Positions 52,501 through 63,285 of a stretch of DNA of 64,000 nucleotides are shown here, piece by piece (within the stretch, counting starts at the first letter, position 1; each line of letters opens with the position of its first letter). Source of the DNA: Ascidiella aspersa. Its lineage: Eukaryota. The stretch spans positions 37,138,001 to 37,202,000 of the forward strand of contig OZ004607.1 of NCBI GenBank assembly GCA_963924565.1, read 5' to 3'. Under the pieces are notes generated by a model, which saw nothing but the letters and a program-made list of their open reading frames with translations, was not told the DNA's origin and made no database searches. Both the position numbers and the translations under genes were made by a program.

Positions 52501-53711
52501 TCTGTATGGGCTTTGATATTCTTATTACGTCTTACTACAACCTCCAACCATTATGATCCAAAGTTCATACAGTATTGTAAATGGCTTTTTGTCCTTCCAG
52601 CGCAAAAATCGGTATCGGAAAAAAAAAACGCGAAAGTATCGGAAATCCCTAAACAACGATAATAATAGAAAGTTGGTAAATGTCGGTTGATCTGTTAAAA
52701 CGGCAGGTAGGGCGAATGGGCGCAAAACAACCAAAGGTAGAGCATATTTGCTGGGCACACAACTGATGACAGTCGGCGATGTTGGATCACAAAGGCTGAA
52801 GCTTACATATTGGGTCGCGCCCCTGTATATTTCGCTTACGTGACTCTGTTTGTCAAGGGTATGTTGTCACGCGAGTTAAGCCTAAACTGAGGACGTTTTT
52901 TTAAGAAATGACGCTGGTTCTGCCTATACTAACGTTTTGTGTCCTATTCAAGGGTTTTAGGAATAGCTTTTTTACCAAAACGATGAATTTTTTTTCGTAC
53001 CGGAACATGGATTTTTTTAGAAATGACGTCACAAAGTTACGCCATAGCGATACATTTTAAACAAGTAATTTTACGAAATCCAGGTTATGGTTCGATGACA
53101 TGCACAAAAATGAAGAAACCAAAGTTTATATACATTCTAGGAGATGGCGGAATGGTTTGGGGAAAGACATTGGCCTGGTAAAAAACATTTTTACCGGTAT
53201 GGCGTCCTGGCTTACTTTCATCACTGATTCTAAGTGGGCAACATTCGTGCACGTTTTGCCACCTGTTAACCCTAGCTATGATCTCGTATAAACTTAAAAA
53301 CATAGCACCACATTAAAGAAATCACAGACACCTTTTACGTAAATACAGGTAGAGTTACGATTCTAAAGTAGGAAAATTAGGCACGCACTCCTCATAGAAG
53401 CAAAACTATTCAAAAACGTCCAAACGCGAGTTATTTTCAAATTTCTTGATTGAGTTTTAAATCTGTTGACAGCATTTGTATAGTAATAAAACTGTACAAG
53501 TAGTGAATAAAGTAATTATTAAACAACGATTTTTAGTTTTTCTTGTTTAAAATTTATTGTCTCTTTCATTACTTTTAACAAGCAAAAAAATCGCGCCAGT
53601 TAAAACAAAAAAGTTTGAGAACCACTGGTAAAGATTATGTTTAAACATCGAAACTCGTAATGAACCAAAACTAGGGCGGCGAATACATACCGGTGGTCTG
53701 TTAGGAAACAT
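16540..53711 (-). CDS. TLE: Groucho/TLE transcriptional co-repressor, 5' part (exons 1-8; Q and GP domains); spliced frame [129 protein letters not shown]...
   Basis: Eight exons with canonical GT-AG ends join in one frame (774 nt). The translation matches the TLE_N (Q) domain motifs DRIKEE, [26 protein letters not shown] and [15 protein letters not shown]. Exon sizes 64/45/63/75 match those I recall for vertebrate TLE exons 3-6. Confidence 0.97.
17389..17770 (-). CDS. TLE: Groucho/TLE exon 7, Gly/Pro/Ala-rich GP domain (QQLQVQNL...VKEDPGRRPSERITP)
   Basis: GC-rich ORF starting QQLQ, as in TLE exon 7. Acceptor ttcgcag (alternative in-frame acceptor would start the exon at 17785); donor CCG|GTAAGT, phase 1. 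Confidence 0.93.
18147..18221 (-). CDS. TLE: Groucho/TLE exon 6 ([25 protein letters not shown])
   Basis: Acceptor tctctttacag, donor GGG|GTGAGT; 75 nt. Confidence 0.98.
19066..19128 (-). CDS. TLE: Groucho/TLE exon 5 ([21 protein letters not shown])
   Basis: Acceptor tttactttgcag, donor GAG|GTGAGT; 63 nt; preceded by a 20.3-kb intron 4. Confidence 0.97.
25178..25427. repeat. 28-bp tandem array (AAAATACTTAACTCAAGTTATTTTACCC) inside a family-B MITE
   Basis: Four to five contiguous units plus degenerate ones, ending in the family terminus ...CAACACTG. Confidence 0.85.
26453..26814. mobile_element. MITE family C (TAGGGATGT termini, internal ATCGG/CCGAT palindromes)
   Basis: TAGGGATGT...ACATCCCTA ends. 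Fragments with GTATCGGATCGG/CCGATAC motifs near 10930-11150, 20195-20300, 39680-39750, 40030-40110, 49620-49710 and 50155-50240. Confidence 0.7.
30313..30386. repeat. Short AT-rich tandem repeat (AGTATTTTATTTTAC + T-run) x3
   Basis: Three consecutive units visible. Confidence 0.8.
31563..31805 (+). mobile_element. Penelope-like retroelement pLTR fragment with a (mutated) minimal hammerhead ribozyme
   Basis: 16-bp direct flanks TAAGTATATATTGCTT (31547-31562, 31806-31821); TATATAAG; TAACC-CTTATGA-GGTCAGC..GCTGCC-GAAACGT..GGTTA at about 31689-31735. Confidence 0.72.
33697..33840 (-). mobile_element. Second Penelope-like pLTR fragment with internal inversion
   Basis: Reverse complement of 31700-31805; 13-bp direct flanks TATACACCAGTAA (33684-33696, 33841-33853); 33801-33840 is an inverted copy of 33731-33769. 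Confidence 0.75.
39401..39445 (-). CDS. TLE: Groucho/TLE exon 4 ([15 protein letters not shown])
   Basis: Acceptor tttttttcgcag, donor CAG|GTAAGA; 45 nt; near-invariant TLE peptide. Confidence 0.98.
41305..41715. repeat. Tandem repeat, unit about 139 bp, about 3 copies
   Basis: ACACGAGATAAATTAACGTTTAAG at 41381 and 41520, with a degenerate third unit near 41660. Confidence 0.85.
41800..42130. mobile_element. hAT-Charlie/Buster-type MITE
   Basis: 16-bp TIR CAGGGGTGGGCAACTT, repeated GCGGGCCG subterminal motifs, perfect 8-bp TSD CTGTAAAC. Confidence 0.92.
44630..44693 (-). CDS. TLE: Groucho/TLE exon 3 ([21 protein letters not shown])
   Basis: Acceptor tatttttcag, donor ATG|GTAAGT; 64 nt, phase 2 to 0. 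Confidence 0.98.
44807..45288. mobile_element. hAT MITE with a damaged right TIR
   Basis: CAGGGATGGCGAAC start, repeated TGACCC motifs, ends ...ATCCTG; 8-bp TSD ATATATAA. Confidence 0.75.
47883..47920. promoter_or_regulatory. Tandem 19-bp repeat carrying two RFX X-box motifs
   Basis: TAACTGGTTACCTGGCAAC x2; reverse complement GTTGCC-A-GGTAAC fits the X-box consensus GTNRCC-N(0-3)-RGYAAC. Confidence 0.5.
48703..48797 (-). CDS. TLE: Groucho/TLE exon 2 ([32 protein letters not shown])
   Basis: Acceptor ttttgtttgcag, donor CAG|GTAAAA; 95 nt, phase 0 to 2; DRIKEE motif. Confidence 0.96.
52394..52530. repeat. Foldback (about 64-bp arms) of dispersed repeat family E
   Basis: ACGTAATAAGAATATCAAAGCCCATACAGAA...TAACTCT followed by its reverse complement. 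Single or tandem arms also near 14220, 29090, 32860, 34300-34570, 35320-35600, 38790 and 51670-51890. Confidence 0.85.
53691..53711 (-). CDS. TLE: Groucho/TLE coding exon 1 (MFPNRPP)
   Basis: ATG at 53711-53709 and phase-0 donor CCG|GTATGT. Resembles TLE N-termini (M[F/Y]PxxRHP). The 5'UTR boundary is uncertain (possible acceptor at 53799-53797). Confidence 0.88.
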
Positions 53712-54230
53712 CCTTTTCCTAACTGTGTAATCCAGGAAATCAGGAAGTGTTTCGCTCAATGTCCGTTACGTTGTTCGGAACAGCTTTCAACAAGTGCTGA
53801 ATCAATCAGGTACTCCGTGTCGCTAGTATGTTAAGTATTGCTTCAAATTGCGGCGCGATTCGATTGCCTTTTCATATCTTGAGGGCCAGTAGAGTCGCCA
53901 ATCCGCAGTTTTATTGCTTTCCTAAGCCTGGAAATAGATATTTGGCAGTTAGGCGTTGTGCTGTAGTGTTCGGCAAACAAGTGCTTCCCGCAAAGGCGAT
54001 TTCGTTGTGATATTGGAGCGAAAAACAGCGGGTCATTTCCTTCATTTGCGCCCAATGCAATCGCATTGTTGCCCCAATTGAGGCCGAATTGACATTGGGC
54101 GACGATTAATTCAGAACAATTGCCGCCAACAATCGTACAACGGCAAAGTTTAGCGCAAATCAACAAGTTCAAGGCCCTGTAATCCACTTCCGTTTGCGGT
54201 TTTAAACTACAGATGTTCGAGCCTTTTAAC

Positions 54231-54665
54231 CAGTGTTGTAATGACTTGAGTCAATAACTTGAGTCAATGACTCTGACTTAAGTTCACTTAATATGTCACT
54301 GTTTTTAAATGAGTTGACTTGACTGAAGTATTTTGACCGAAATCACTTGACTCTATCTCAATTGCTGCACATAGTGCACGTATAACAGTTTGCTAGCTAT
54401 ATTTTTCGTTTCTGTTATTTCTTAATTGATTTATTGATCTTTATGAACAAGGATGCCAATTTTTATACTTTATCGTTTCATTTTTAATCAGTGATTTCAC
54501 TTAGAGTTGACTTGCTCTAATAATGACTTGACTTGGTCAACTGATGACTTAGACTAGAGCTTAACTTGTTTATTTTTTTGCAAACGACTTGACTTGGACT
54601 CAAGTTTTTTACTAAAGACTTGACTGGGAATTAAGTCATTTCAAAATGATTTGTATATAACACTG
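54231..54665. mobile_element. hAT MITE family B with internal (GACTT)n/(AAGTC)n arrays
   Basis: CAGTGTTRTA termini; perfect 8-bp TSD CTTTTAAC. Other copies near 2330-2700, 9050-9284, 18370-18770, 20610-20920, 25130-25427, 43838-43960 and 46561-47020. Confidence 0.88.
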
Positions 54666-57600
54666 CTTTTAACTTTAACCCAGTGATTTAGAACTGTGTG
54701 TAGCAGAACTTTATGTAATTTTGACAAATAACTTATTTGTATTACTAATGAGAACGCAAGAATTAAAATCACACTATCCATTGGCTTAGTGAAAATATTA
54801 TTGCACTTAAAACAGTATCGTGTAATTAGGGTTTTTGTTAAATAATAGTTATCTGGTTTTGTAAAAAAATGTTTTATTTTCGAATTTGTTTTTAATTTTT
54901 TATCATTTTACAGGCTCAAAAGTTTGACAATCACTGATTTAAACGCTTAACCGCACGAAAATGTACTACAATGGAATCAAGTGACTTACTGCCGAAAAAA
55001 AAACATTCAATGCCTGAACCTTTCCTGACTAAGCCCTTTACACTTCAAACGGCTTTCTGAGAGCGTTGCGCTTGAAAAAAGTAGACATGGCTGCCAACAT
55101 CACGGTAACAATGTGCTCGAACCGGACCCAAACTTTTCAAGGATCCCAGATACTTAGCGCAGCGACACAAAAGATTTCCGACTCGCTACTAAAATCACAG
55201 GCCGCATTATTCAGGCGACATCACAAGCGAAAACAGGCTGCAGAGGAAATTTCTTTCAGGCCAGCTTCGCTCCTATTCAGACGCGAGTGTCTTAAGAGCC
55301 ATTCAGAACCCTTGAAAGGAAAGCTAGCAGTGTCTGCGCTAAACTTCTTGGCGACCATAAGGAATACTGAAAACCCATACTGCCAATAAAAACAGAGCGC
55401 CGGGTCTCCATTGAAGAGCCCATTGGCGGCTGATACATTTACAGTAGTTTAACTTTAACGGACCTTTGTTAACCCTATTCATACAGGAAATTAGGATGCT
55501 ACAATGCAAAAGCGAAACCGGTAAAACATGATTTGAACACTATCTGAACTAATCAATGTAATGCTATTGTAACTAAACAACTACAACTGAAGTATTTTTC
55601 GATAAATTTGTTCCTTTTCCGCTGCTGTACATTTCAGCGGTACGACCGAATTGTATTTACATAAGAGAACCTGTTAACACATTAGAACACCTCGTGTTAC
55701 AAAATGCGCGACTGAAAACACATAACCTCAAACAGACAACAATACTCCAAAAACAATGGCGCCTTACAAGACAATCATGTTTCCATTGTTGGTGCCAAAT
55801 GCCTACTATGACGTAACAGTTAACCTCACCAAAACTGTAAAAGTTGTACATGCTGCTGCTAAAATTGCTCGTACCAATGCTATTTTTAACGCAAAGGCGG
55901 TAAAACTAAATCTGACTAACTGAATAACACTCCAGCATTAACTGTACACTGACTAAACAGAAGCGGTATCAAACAGCGTAGAGCAGCCGCACATTGAACC
56001 AGTCCCAGCAAATAACATCGACTGTCATGGTTGGTCGCAGTCAGTAAACTACAGCGCGGCATAAAAGGCGGATAATGGCCGCCCCATAACAGGCGTTACG
56101 ACGACTAGCCTACGAGCACTTTCGGCAATCTCTCGGCGCAAGCAAATGCGGTCAGCCGCTAATGTTAGCTTAGTCTGCCGTTCGCTCGTGAAAACAGAAA
56201 AGGAAAAGGCCCACACAGCAAAGAACGGCAGACTGACAAGACTGGCGGACCCAACGTGGCGACGCGCGGCAGGCCAATCGCGTCGCTCGCGCGCCTGTCA
56301 ATCAACCCAACGCGGCGACGCGTCAAGAAAGATGTACTGACTCGGCTGCGGGATATTTGAATGGTCTGTAGTGAGTGAGGTAGTGGATTTTAATCGCCAG
56401 TGTTCGCCAAGTAAATGTTAAAAAATTGGATTCGCGAAATTCAAGCTGAATTGTTATGTGATATAATTGTTTTTCAATGTATTGAAATTTGCCAAATTGT
56501 TTCACACCTATTAATGTCCAAACCACGCAGATGATATACAAAAATCACAAATTAACCAATTCTTGTTTTCGTTTGCTAACTTGAGAATACTGCTTTTTTT
56601 AAATAATCAATTTTAGTAAAATAATCCCGTATAAAAATTAATAATCTCATTTCCTAAATATTGCAAGCTACCTAATATGGAAATCGAGTTGGGGTTCATA
56701 TTTCATAATTTACGCACATATTGGCTTTACCCTACTAGAAAACTTATTTTTGAAACAGAAAAACGGCAGTTAGTGAACCGTAAATATATTACTACCGTTT
56801 TTTTTTTACTTTTACTAAAACATATGTTATTCACCAAACATAAAATCAGCTTATTTTTTTTCTTTAAAAAGTAAAAATGTGCATTTTTATTGGAAGATAT
56901 TATAATGAGCACAAAGCGACCACCAATTCGTAAATTTGGTTAGTTTGTAAGTTTTGAAAGCCCTAATTTTCTTTTTAAACCGTAAAACCATACATCCCTA
57001 TCTATTGTTTTTATCACATGTTCATAGCGCCCGTTAGCGGTGTTAACAAAATCTCCAGTCTAACTTCTTCCAAACAAAGGTAATAATGACTGTTTTTTAA
57101 GTGAACACAATTTCTTGATTGGCTAACATTAAACTTATTTTCAGTTCATAGTGGTAGAACAGACCTAACACATTTTTTCTGGTGACTCATTCATAGAATT
57201 CATTATACTTTTTTTAGAATTTTTAAATGCTTGGAAATTTCGCAGTAGGTAAGATTTTTCACACAACTTGCTTGTAAATATTAACGGGTTGAAAAAATTA
57301 AGTTACAATAAGAGAGAAGGTATCAGATAATTATATCTACAATTTATTTTATGCCTACCACTTTTGTATTTCAATTTGAAAACAAAACTAGTATTTTTTT
57401 CCGTTTGGTTAAAAACTTATAGCAAAAATAATTAATAAACTCTAAGAAATGTTTTTTATTTTTTTACCAGGTCACGTCGTAACTCGTTGAAGGTATTTAA
57501 ACCAAGATTTTAGGCGATAACCGCAGACTTCACCTGTTTCAGACGTTCCGTTATGACGTAACTCTGTGATGTCATCATTTTTGAAAACTTTCATGCATCC

Positions 57601-58319
57601 CTCAGAAAAAGTTTTTATTGTTCCCATCAGAAAATCGTTGTACTTTCTCCCCAGCTTATTGCCTATTTGAACTATGTAATTTGATAGATAAACTACAAAT
57701 TTTCTGACAACGTTGTTGAATGGACTTGAATTAGGATCTTGATTTCAACTTTAACTCAATACCGCCACCTGTCGTTTAACTTTATTGCGCTTATTTCGAG
57801 GTTGTTAAATGTTGGCCTTACATGAACTTTGGCTACTACTCACTGACGTTATGTTATCTGGAAAGTTATTGTAGAATTAATATATTTGTAAATATGTATT
57901 GCATAGCTAAGCAAAGTAAACTAGTAAGTTAAAAAATCAGCTTAAAATAACTTAACTTAAAATATTTATCACGGTATTACTCAGCTGGCCTATGTCTTAC
58001 TTACAGTTTAATAAATCATGTAAACAAGTAAACATTTAAGTCATCTTTTGCGAAATCGTATTGTTTCCTTCAGCGGTAAAGTTTTTGTTTCCTATTCCAC
58101 GTGATACGAAGCAAAGCATTATGGGGAAATTAAAATGCCATCGTTGGTTAAACGTTTCCTTTCTCTGTACCGTTTACTATCCTAGATTAATAACCAAATA
58201 GGTTACTTACTACTAGTATGTAACTTGCTCAAAACATTTATAAAGGAAACAAGCAAACGTAAAGATTTTGAAGCACGTTTTTCATCAACATAAAAAGCAG
58301 ACCGGGGAATTTTTGCAAA

Positions 58320-58460
58320 TGTCATTGCGCATGCGCGAATAATCGGGCGGTATACTCACAATGCTCGACGCTGATTGGTTGAGCGCTGCTTAACGAAGCA
58401 TGAAGCTTTGCTGATTGGTTAGCTTTCTTGACTTGCTGTAAAGTCACATGGTTCCACCAG
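58320..58460 (+). promoter_or_regulatory. Housekeeping-type promoter of the THAP gene
   Basis: NRF1 palindrome TGCGCATGCGC (58326-58336), GC box GGGCGG, two identical CTGATTGGTT inverted CCAAT boxes (58371, 58411) and a GTCACATG E-box. Possible non-coding first-exon donor CGG|GTATGG near 58557. Confidence 0.7.
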
Positions 58461-59308
58461 CTATTCGTCGTTGGTTAACTTGCCTAATTAGCTGTTTCGG
58501 CAAGTTGTTGCGTGTTTTGTAGCTTGTTAAAAGCAACTTCAGTATTTCAAAACTCGGGTATGGCTACTAGCGCGCCTACTTGTGATTGAATTAAGTCTTT
58601 CTGTAAAAAACGACTAGAAGTCACGTAGATGTATGTTGACTAGCGAACAGTTTTAGGGATTCAGTGTGTTTCTAATTCAGTTAACAGTTGTTTGCAAACG
58701 ACCAAGTTATAGCATTTTTAAATATGTCTTTACATTGACTAATCGTTTCATGCTTGATTTTCTGTTACACCTTTAATTTGTGTGTTAGTAGATTTCTAAA
58801 CTGCTTTTTTAATACTTTACCTAATTACGCAGACTGTTTATTTGCAGTGATGTGCAGACGTACAATCATGTTTTTTTAAATCCTGCCACAATTCAACTAT
58901 TTTTTTGAAATTTTAGTGTACCATATACTAATTGAGATATGCACAAAAAGTTCTGTAAAAAAATATGGGGTGTACACCACCTGCCACAGATTGCAGACTC
59001 GCCTGTGCAATTCCAAAAGTTGCCAGTATGGCATACTTGTGCGATTATCATTTCTTAAATAAAGTACAATTAAACAATTCTCGAAGTTGTTGTTTTGCTG
59101 TAAAACCATGTGTAGTGTAGCACTTTTAAAGGATTTTTTATATTTTAACTCATTTAAATTTGGATTAATTTCAAAATTTTTAGTATAAAGTGCAAATATA
59201 AATTAAGCAAGTTGGTGTTGTACGTAAAAATTGCATGTAACACTTCGTTTTTTCAAGGGTTTTTGAAATTATGAATGTTCCACTGATTTAAATTAGATTA
59301 CTTTCAAA

Positions 59309-59515
59309 ATGCCAATTTGTGCTGGCTACAACTGTCACAAGCGCATTCAGAAAGGGACCTCATTATTCAAGTTTCCAAAGAATCCTGATGTGTGTGAAAG
59401 CTGGTTACGATGCCTGAACCGCGAAGATCTCTATGACTTCACCTACGATGATTTGAAAAATGGAGGATTTCGTGTGTGTCAAAAGCATTTCGACACAAGT
59501 GATATTTACAAAAAG
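59309..59515 (+). CDS. THAP-domain protein, first coding exon (C2CH zinc finger; THAP12/PRKRIR-like)
   Basis: MPICAGYNC...LFKFPKNP...W...RVCQKHF matches the THAP signature (CxxxxC, FP, W, CxxHF). Acceptor aattag lies 12 nt before the ATG; donor AAG|GTAAAC, phase 0. Confidence 0.93.
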
Positions 59516-60372
59516 GTAAACTTTTTAGGGTTGACATTTTGCACTCGATGTAGCGACCTCAGTTCGCTCAAAGCAAAAGTTGATAAGCAAACATTAATTG
59601 TTGTTATCAGAACCAATGGACTTTTTTACTAAAAAACAATTAGGTATATATGATGGAAATTCAAAGGCTACATATGTTTTCTATTCAGGCGAGTGCTGAA
59701 TGGTAGACATCAGCATGACTGGTAGTGCCAATTTTAATTCAATATAACTCTGCTACTATTAAATGTCTAATCATTCTTTTCAATTACTCTGTCACCTTAT
59801 GTAGTAAAGTTGTAATAATGCTGTTCATCCTTCAAATCTGAATTGTTTAAAAATGTTTGGCATGACTTTTTATTTGTCTTGAAACCGAAGGGTTGTTCTT
59901 CTATGCTTTATTGTATCGGCCAGGTTGAAAAGTTGTCCTGTGATGAAGAATAATCCCTTCAAAGTTGTACACTTGGCCGCAAAAAATAAACTTAAGTCAG
60001 CCAACACGATAAACTTTGACAATGTTTACCGTTTTTATGTTATGGTGGCATATCCAGGGTTAGGTTCTGGGCAGGGGTATTTCCAGAAATCCAAATAGGG
60101 TGGGGACCCAGATTTTCAACTTGGGTTATTCCCAAATTTTCTGTGTGCTGGTAATGATTAAAGACTTAAAAAAATAGTGACGGATGACAACATATAATAG
60201 TGAATGACGTCATAAAGCAGAAATTTCGTTGACTCAGGTGTTCGATTTGCATCTACATACATTCGCAGAACTGCAAATTGGCTGTTTTTGTCTTTTAGTT
60301 ATTTAAACATTGTTGTTTCAATTAGCAAAAGCCATGCAAAAGTAAATTTCTTTATTTTTTTATGTTTTTAAC

Positions 60373-61042
60373 TAGGGATGTTCAAAGTAGAATCCCAAGG
60401 TATTCTAGAATAATAGGTTTCAAATCTAGAATAACGAATCCAGAATAGCGAATCCTAGTATATTTTTGTTAAATTATTTAACCTTGGTTTTGTTTGGGGA
60501 AGGGATAAATCCTAATCTACCCTACAGGGCCCACAATCACAGCAATAAATCGCCCAAACAATTTGCTAACGAATGCTAGACAATTAAGCTGTACATAACT
60601 GCATAACCTCGCTGAATATTGGCCTAAAGTTGACCTTAAGTAACCCTATAGTGCAGTTTGTACGGCCAGCAAGTTTTACAATGTAATATTACTTTTTGCA
60701 ACTTAATGCATTTAAGGAAATTGCGAACTCCGCACCTGACATTACACGTTAATCGCTCGCCCAATAACGCTTGATTGACACTTAATTATTAGACAAACGT
60801 TATGCGAGACGCAAAAAACGCTGATACTGCACTACGAGGTTGCATTTAAAGCAAGCACTATAAATTGGTCGCCGCAGCGACATGCCAACTTACCACACGC
60901 GTTTGTACAATTAGGCGCAACAATCCGCGGTAAAACATTAAATTATATCGGTTCCAATTACCCGAAATAAACGGCAGAATTGGATTCGAATCCCATCTGG
61001 ATTCGAATCCAAGGATTTGATATTCTACTTTGAACATCCCTA
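60373..61042. mobile_element. Young hAT MITE (TAGGG termini) in a THAP gene intron
   Basis: Perfect 21-bp TIRs TAGGGATGTTCAAAGTAGAAT, GAATC subterminal repeats, perfect 8-bp TSD TTTTTAAC. Confidence 0.93.
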
Positions 61043-61210
61043 TTTTTAACATATATCATGAGGAGTTTATCGCGGGACTCTGTTATAGCAGTAAATACTA
61101 CATTAACCTGACTAGCTTCAAACTTTTTTTGACGATTTTGTTGCCACACCCTTTAAAGTTTAAACAAACAAGTTGTATTGTTTTTAAAACACTGTTTTTT
61201 AATTTTTAAG

Positions 61211-61316
61211 GGTTCAAAGACATTTCTGAAGAAAGGTGCTCTCCCCACGGTACATATTGTGCCCAACACAAATCCATGTACACTGGAAACTCCATTTGCT
61301 TATTTGGAAGAAGGAG
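61211..61316 (+). CDS. THAP-domain protein, next coding exon (GSKTFLKKGALPTVHIVPNTNPCTLETPFAYLEEG)
   Basis: Acceptor ttttttaatttttaag, in frame with the previous exon. LKKGALPT corresponds to the AVPTIF box that closes THAP domains. Donor GAG|GTGGGC is less certain. The gene presumably continues past the window. Confidence 0.88.
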
Positions 61317-62291
61317 GTGGGCAATTGTTTTATAAATATATATATACACGGTTGTAGCAGAGGGACGGTTTTAATAAACAATTATCACAAAACTAAAACC
61401 GTAATTGCTGCAATGTTTCATGTGCAACATTTTTTTACATCGCTAATATTGCACCTGGCGTTAAAAGCATGTCTGTGCTTATTGCCACTTGTATCGTTGT
61501 TTCATTTAGCAGTTCGCCTGTCACCGACTCCAGTAATGTCAAACAAAACAGGCTTGATAACGAATATATTTTTTATTAGCCTCAATCTCGAAAAGGGTCG
61601 CTTGATCGCCGCATTTTGAAACTGAAATTAAGATGTCGGCGAACTATAGCTTCCCACTAAACTGATAATAATAAATGGCCATTTTACCGTAACTTCAGTA
61701 ATAAGCCATGTTTGTGTTTTTTTTTTTTTTTTCAGCTAAATAATTTACTAATTATACAGAGTTCAAAAAGGGCGATTTTGAAATCATACCATCGGCGAAA
61801 TTAAACTACAAATATCACCAAAATTTTTGATAAGCATCGTTAATTTTGCTGACAACGAAGTGCAACAGTTTGTGATTGATACGTCACAAAGGCTGTTTCC
61901 GACACCCCAATTCTGCGCAATTTAAATCACTTGACAGTCGGACGTGAATAGTCGTCAAGGTGTTGCAATTTTTCTAACTTCAAATAGACGACTTTAAACA
62001 GCCATAAGCTCCTAAAAATCACCATTTTTAGCTTCTAGAATACACAAAACGTAAAAATTTTCGGCTTCCCCGTACTCGGTGGAGGTTGTTCATACCACAC
62101 CTCAGACCTCCTGGGGCCTAAGCCTAAGTGATTTGGGTTACTGATCATGTGAAACAGTGGCGTATCCAGGGGCTGGGGTTTGCGACCCCCCTTTTTGTGA
62201 GTGATATTCTCGTTTTTTGTTGGTTTTGGTCAAGGTTTAACAAACTATCTGAAGCGACAATGTTTTGCGTAACCGAAATCTAACTCAAAAC

Positions 62292-62960
62292 TAGGGATGT
62301 TCAAAGGAGAATACCAAGGTATTCTAGAATAATAGGTTTCGAATCTAGAATAACGAATCGAGAATAGCGAATCCTAGTATATTTTTATTAAATTATTTAA
62401 CCTCGATTTTGTTTGGGGAATGGATTAATCTTTTTCTACCCTACCGGGCCCACATTCACAGCAATAAATCGCCCAAACAATTTGCTAACATGTGTCAATT
62501 ATAATAAAAAATGTTTTACATTCTTAACAACTGTCATTTAAAGCAGTTGTGTAAGCTGTAATACATGTCCACTGTTCAGGTTGTTGCCAAAACTTATATT
62601 TTTGCCAATAGTGAGTACAATGCAACACTGCACACAGAACTCTTTAGCAATTCGGTACAGTTTTTAAAAGCATTGTTGGGTCTTAGTGCTTCTTTTTTGA
62701 CTAATTGATCTGTTATGCAGTCAAATAATGTAATGCAAATAATACAAAGTTACTATTGACATAACAAATACTTGACAATTTACGCTGGGCATAACTGCAT
62801 AACCTCGCCGATCGCCAGACGTGAAGTAATTGGTCGCCCGAAAAAGTGCTGACAGGTTACATTAAAGCAAGCACTGTAGATTGGTCGCCGCAGCGACATG
62901 CAACTTACCACACGCGTTTGTACATTTAGGCGCGACGTCGGCGGTAAAACATTAAATCAA
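62292..62960. mobile_element. Second, differently deleted copy of the 60373-61042 element (right end not seen)
   Basis: Three collinear blocks (about 62292-62488, 62785-62810, 62860-62957) match 60373-60570, 60590-60612 and 60846-60942. Confidence 0.85.
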
Positions 62961-63285
62961 TTGAAGGAGCTAATAGAATCTAATAGCAGCAAGTAAAATT
63001 GTTTGTAAATTTAAAATAAGAAAGGAAATTATTCTTTCCAAGTTGAACTCCAGAAAACTTCATGCATCATCTAAAATTCTAAATCAAAGCAGAACTTTAT
63101 GTCATTTGCAGTGACATGCAACACTGGACAAATGTTATTGTTTTGACATTTTCGGCAGAAATTCAATTTTTAATACTGGCCCAATTAGCATTCGCAGTCT
63201 CCTGCCGCTATATCTATTTGTAGTGAGTTTTATCTTCCATAAACATTAATTTAAAGTCATGTTTTACTTGAAAAGTACAGATTAA

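Noticed and set aside
56376-56400. TGAGGTAGTGGATT, resembling a let-7 5' end
   Set aside because: No complementary arm downstream to form a pre-miRNA hairpin.
54798-61460. TATTGCAC miR-92-like seeds at about 54798 and 61447
   Set aside because: The match does not extend past the seed and no hairpin is evident.
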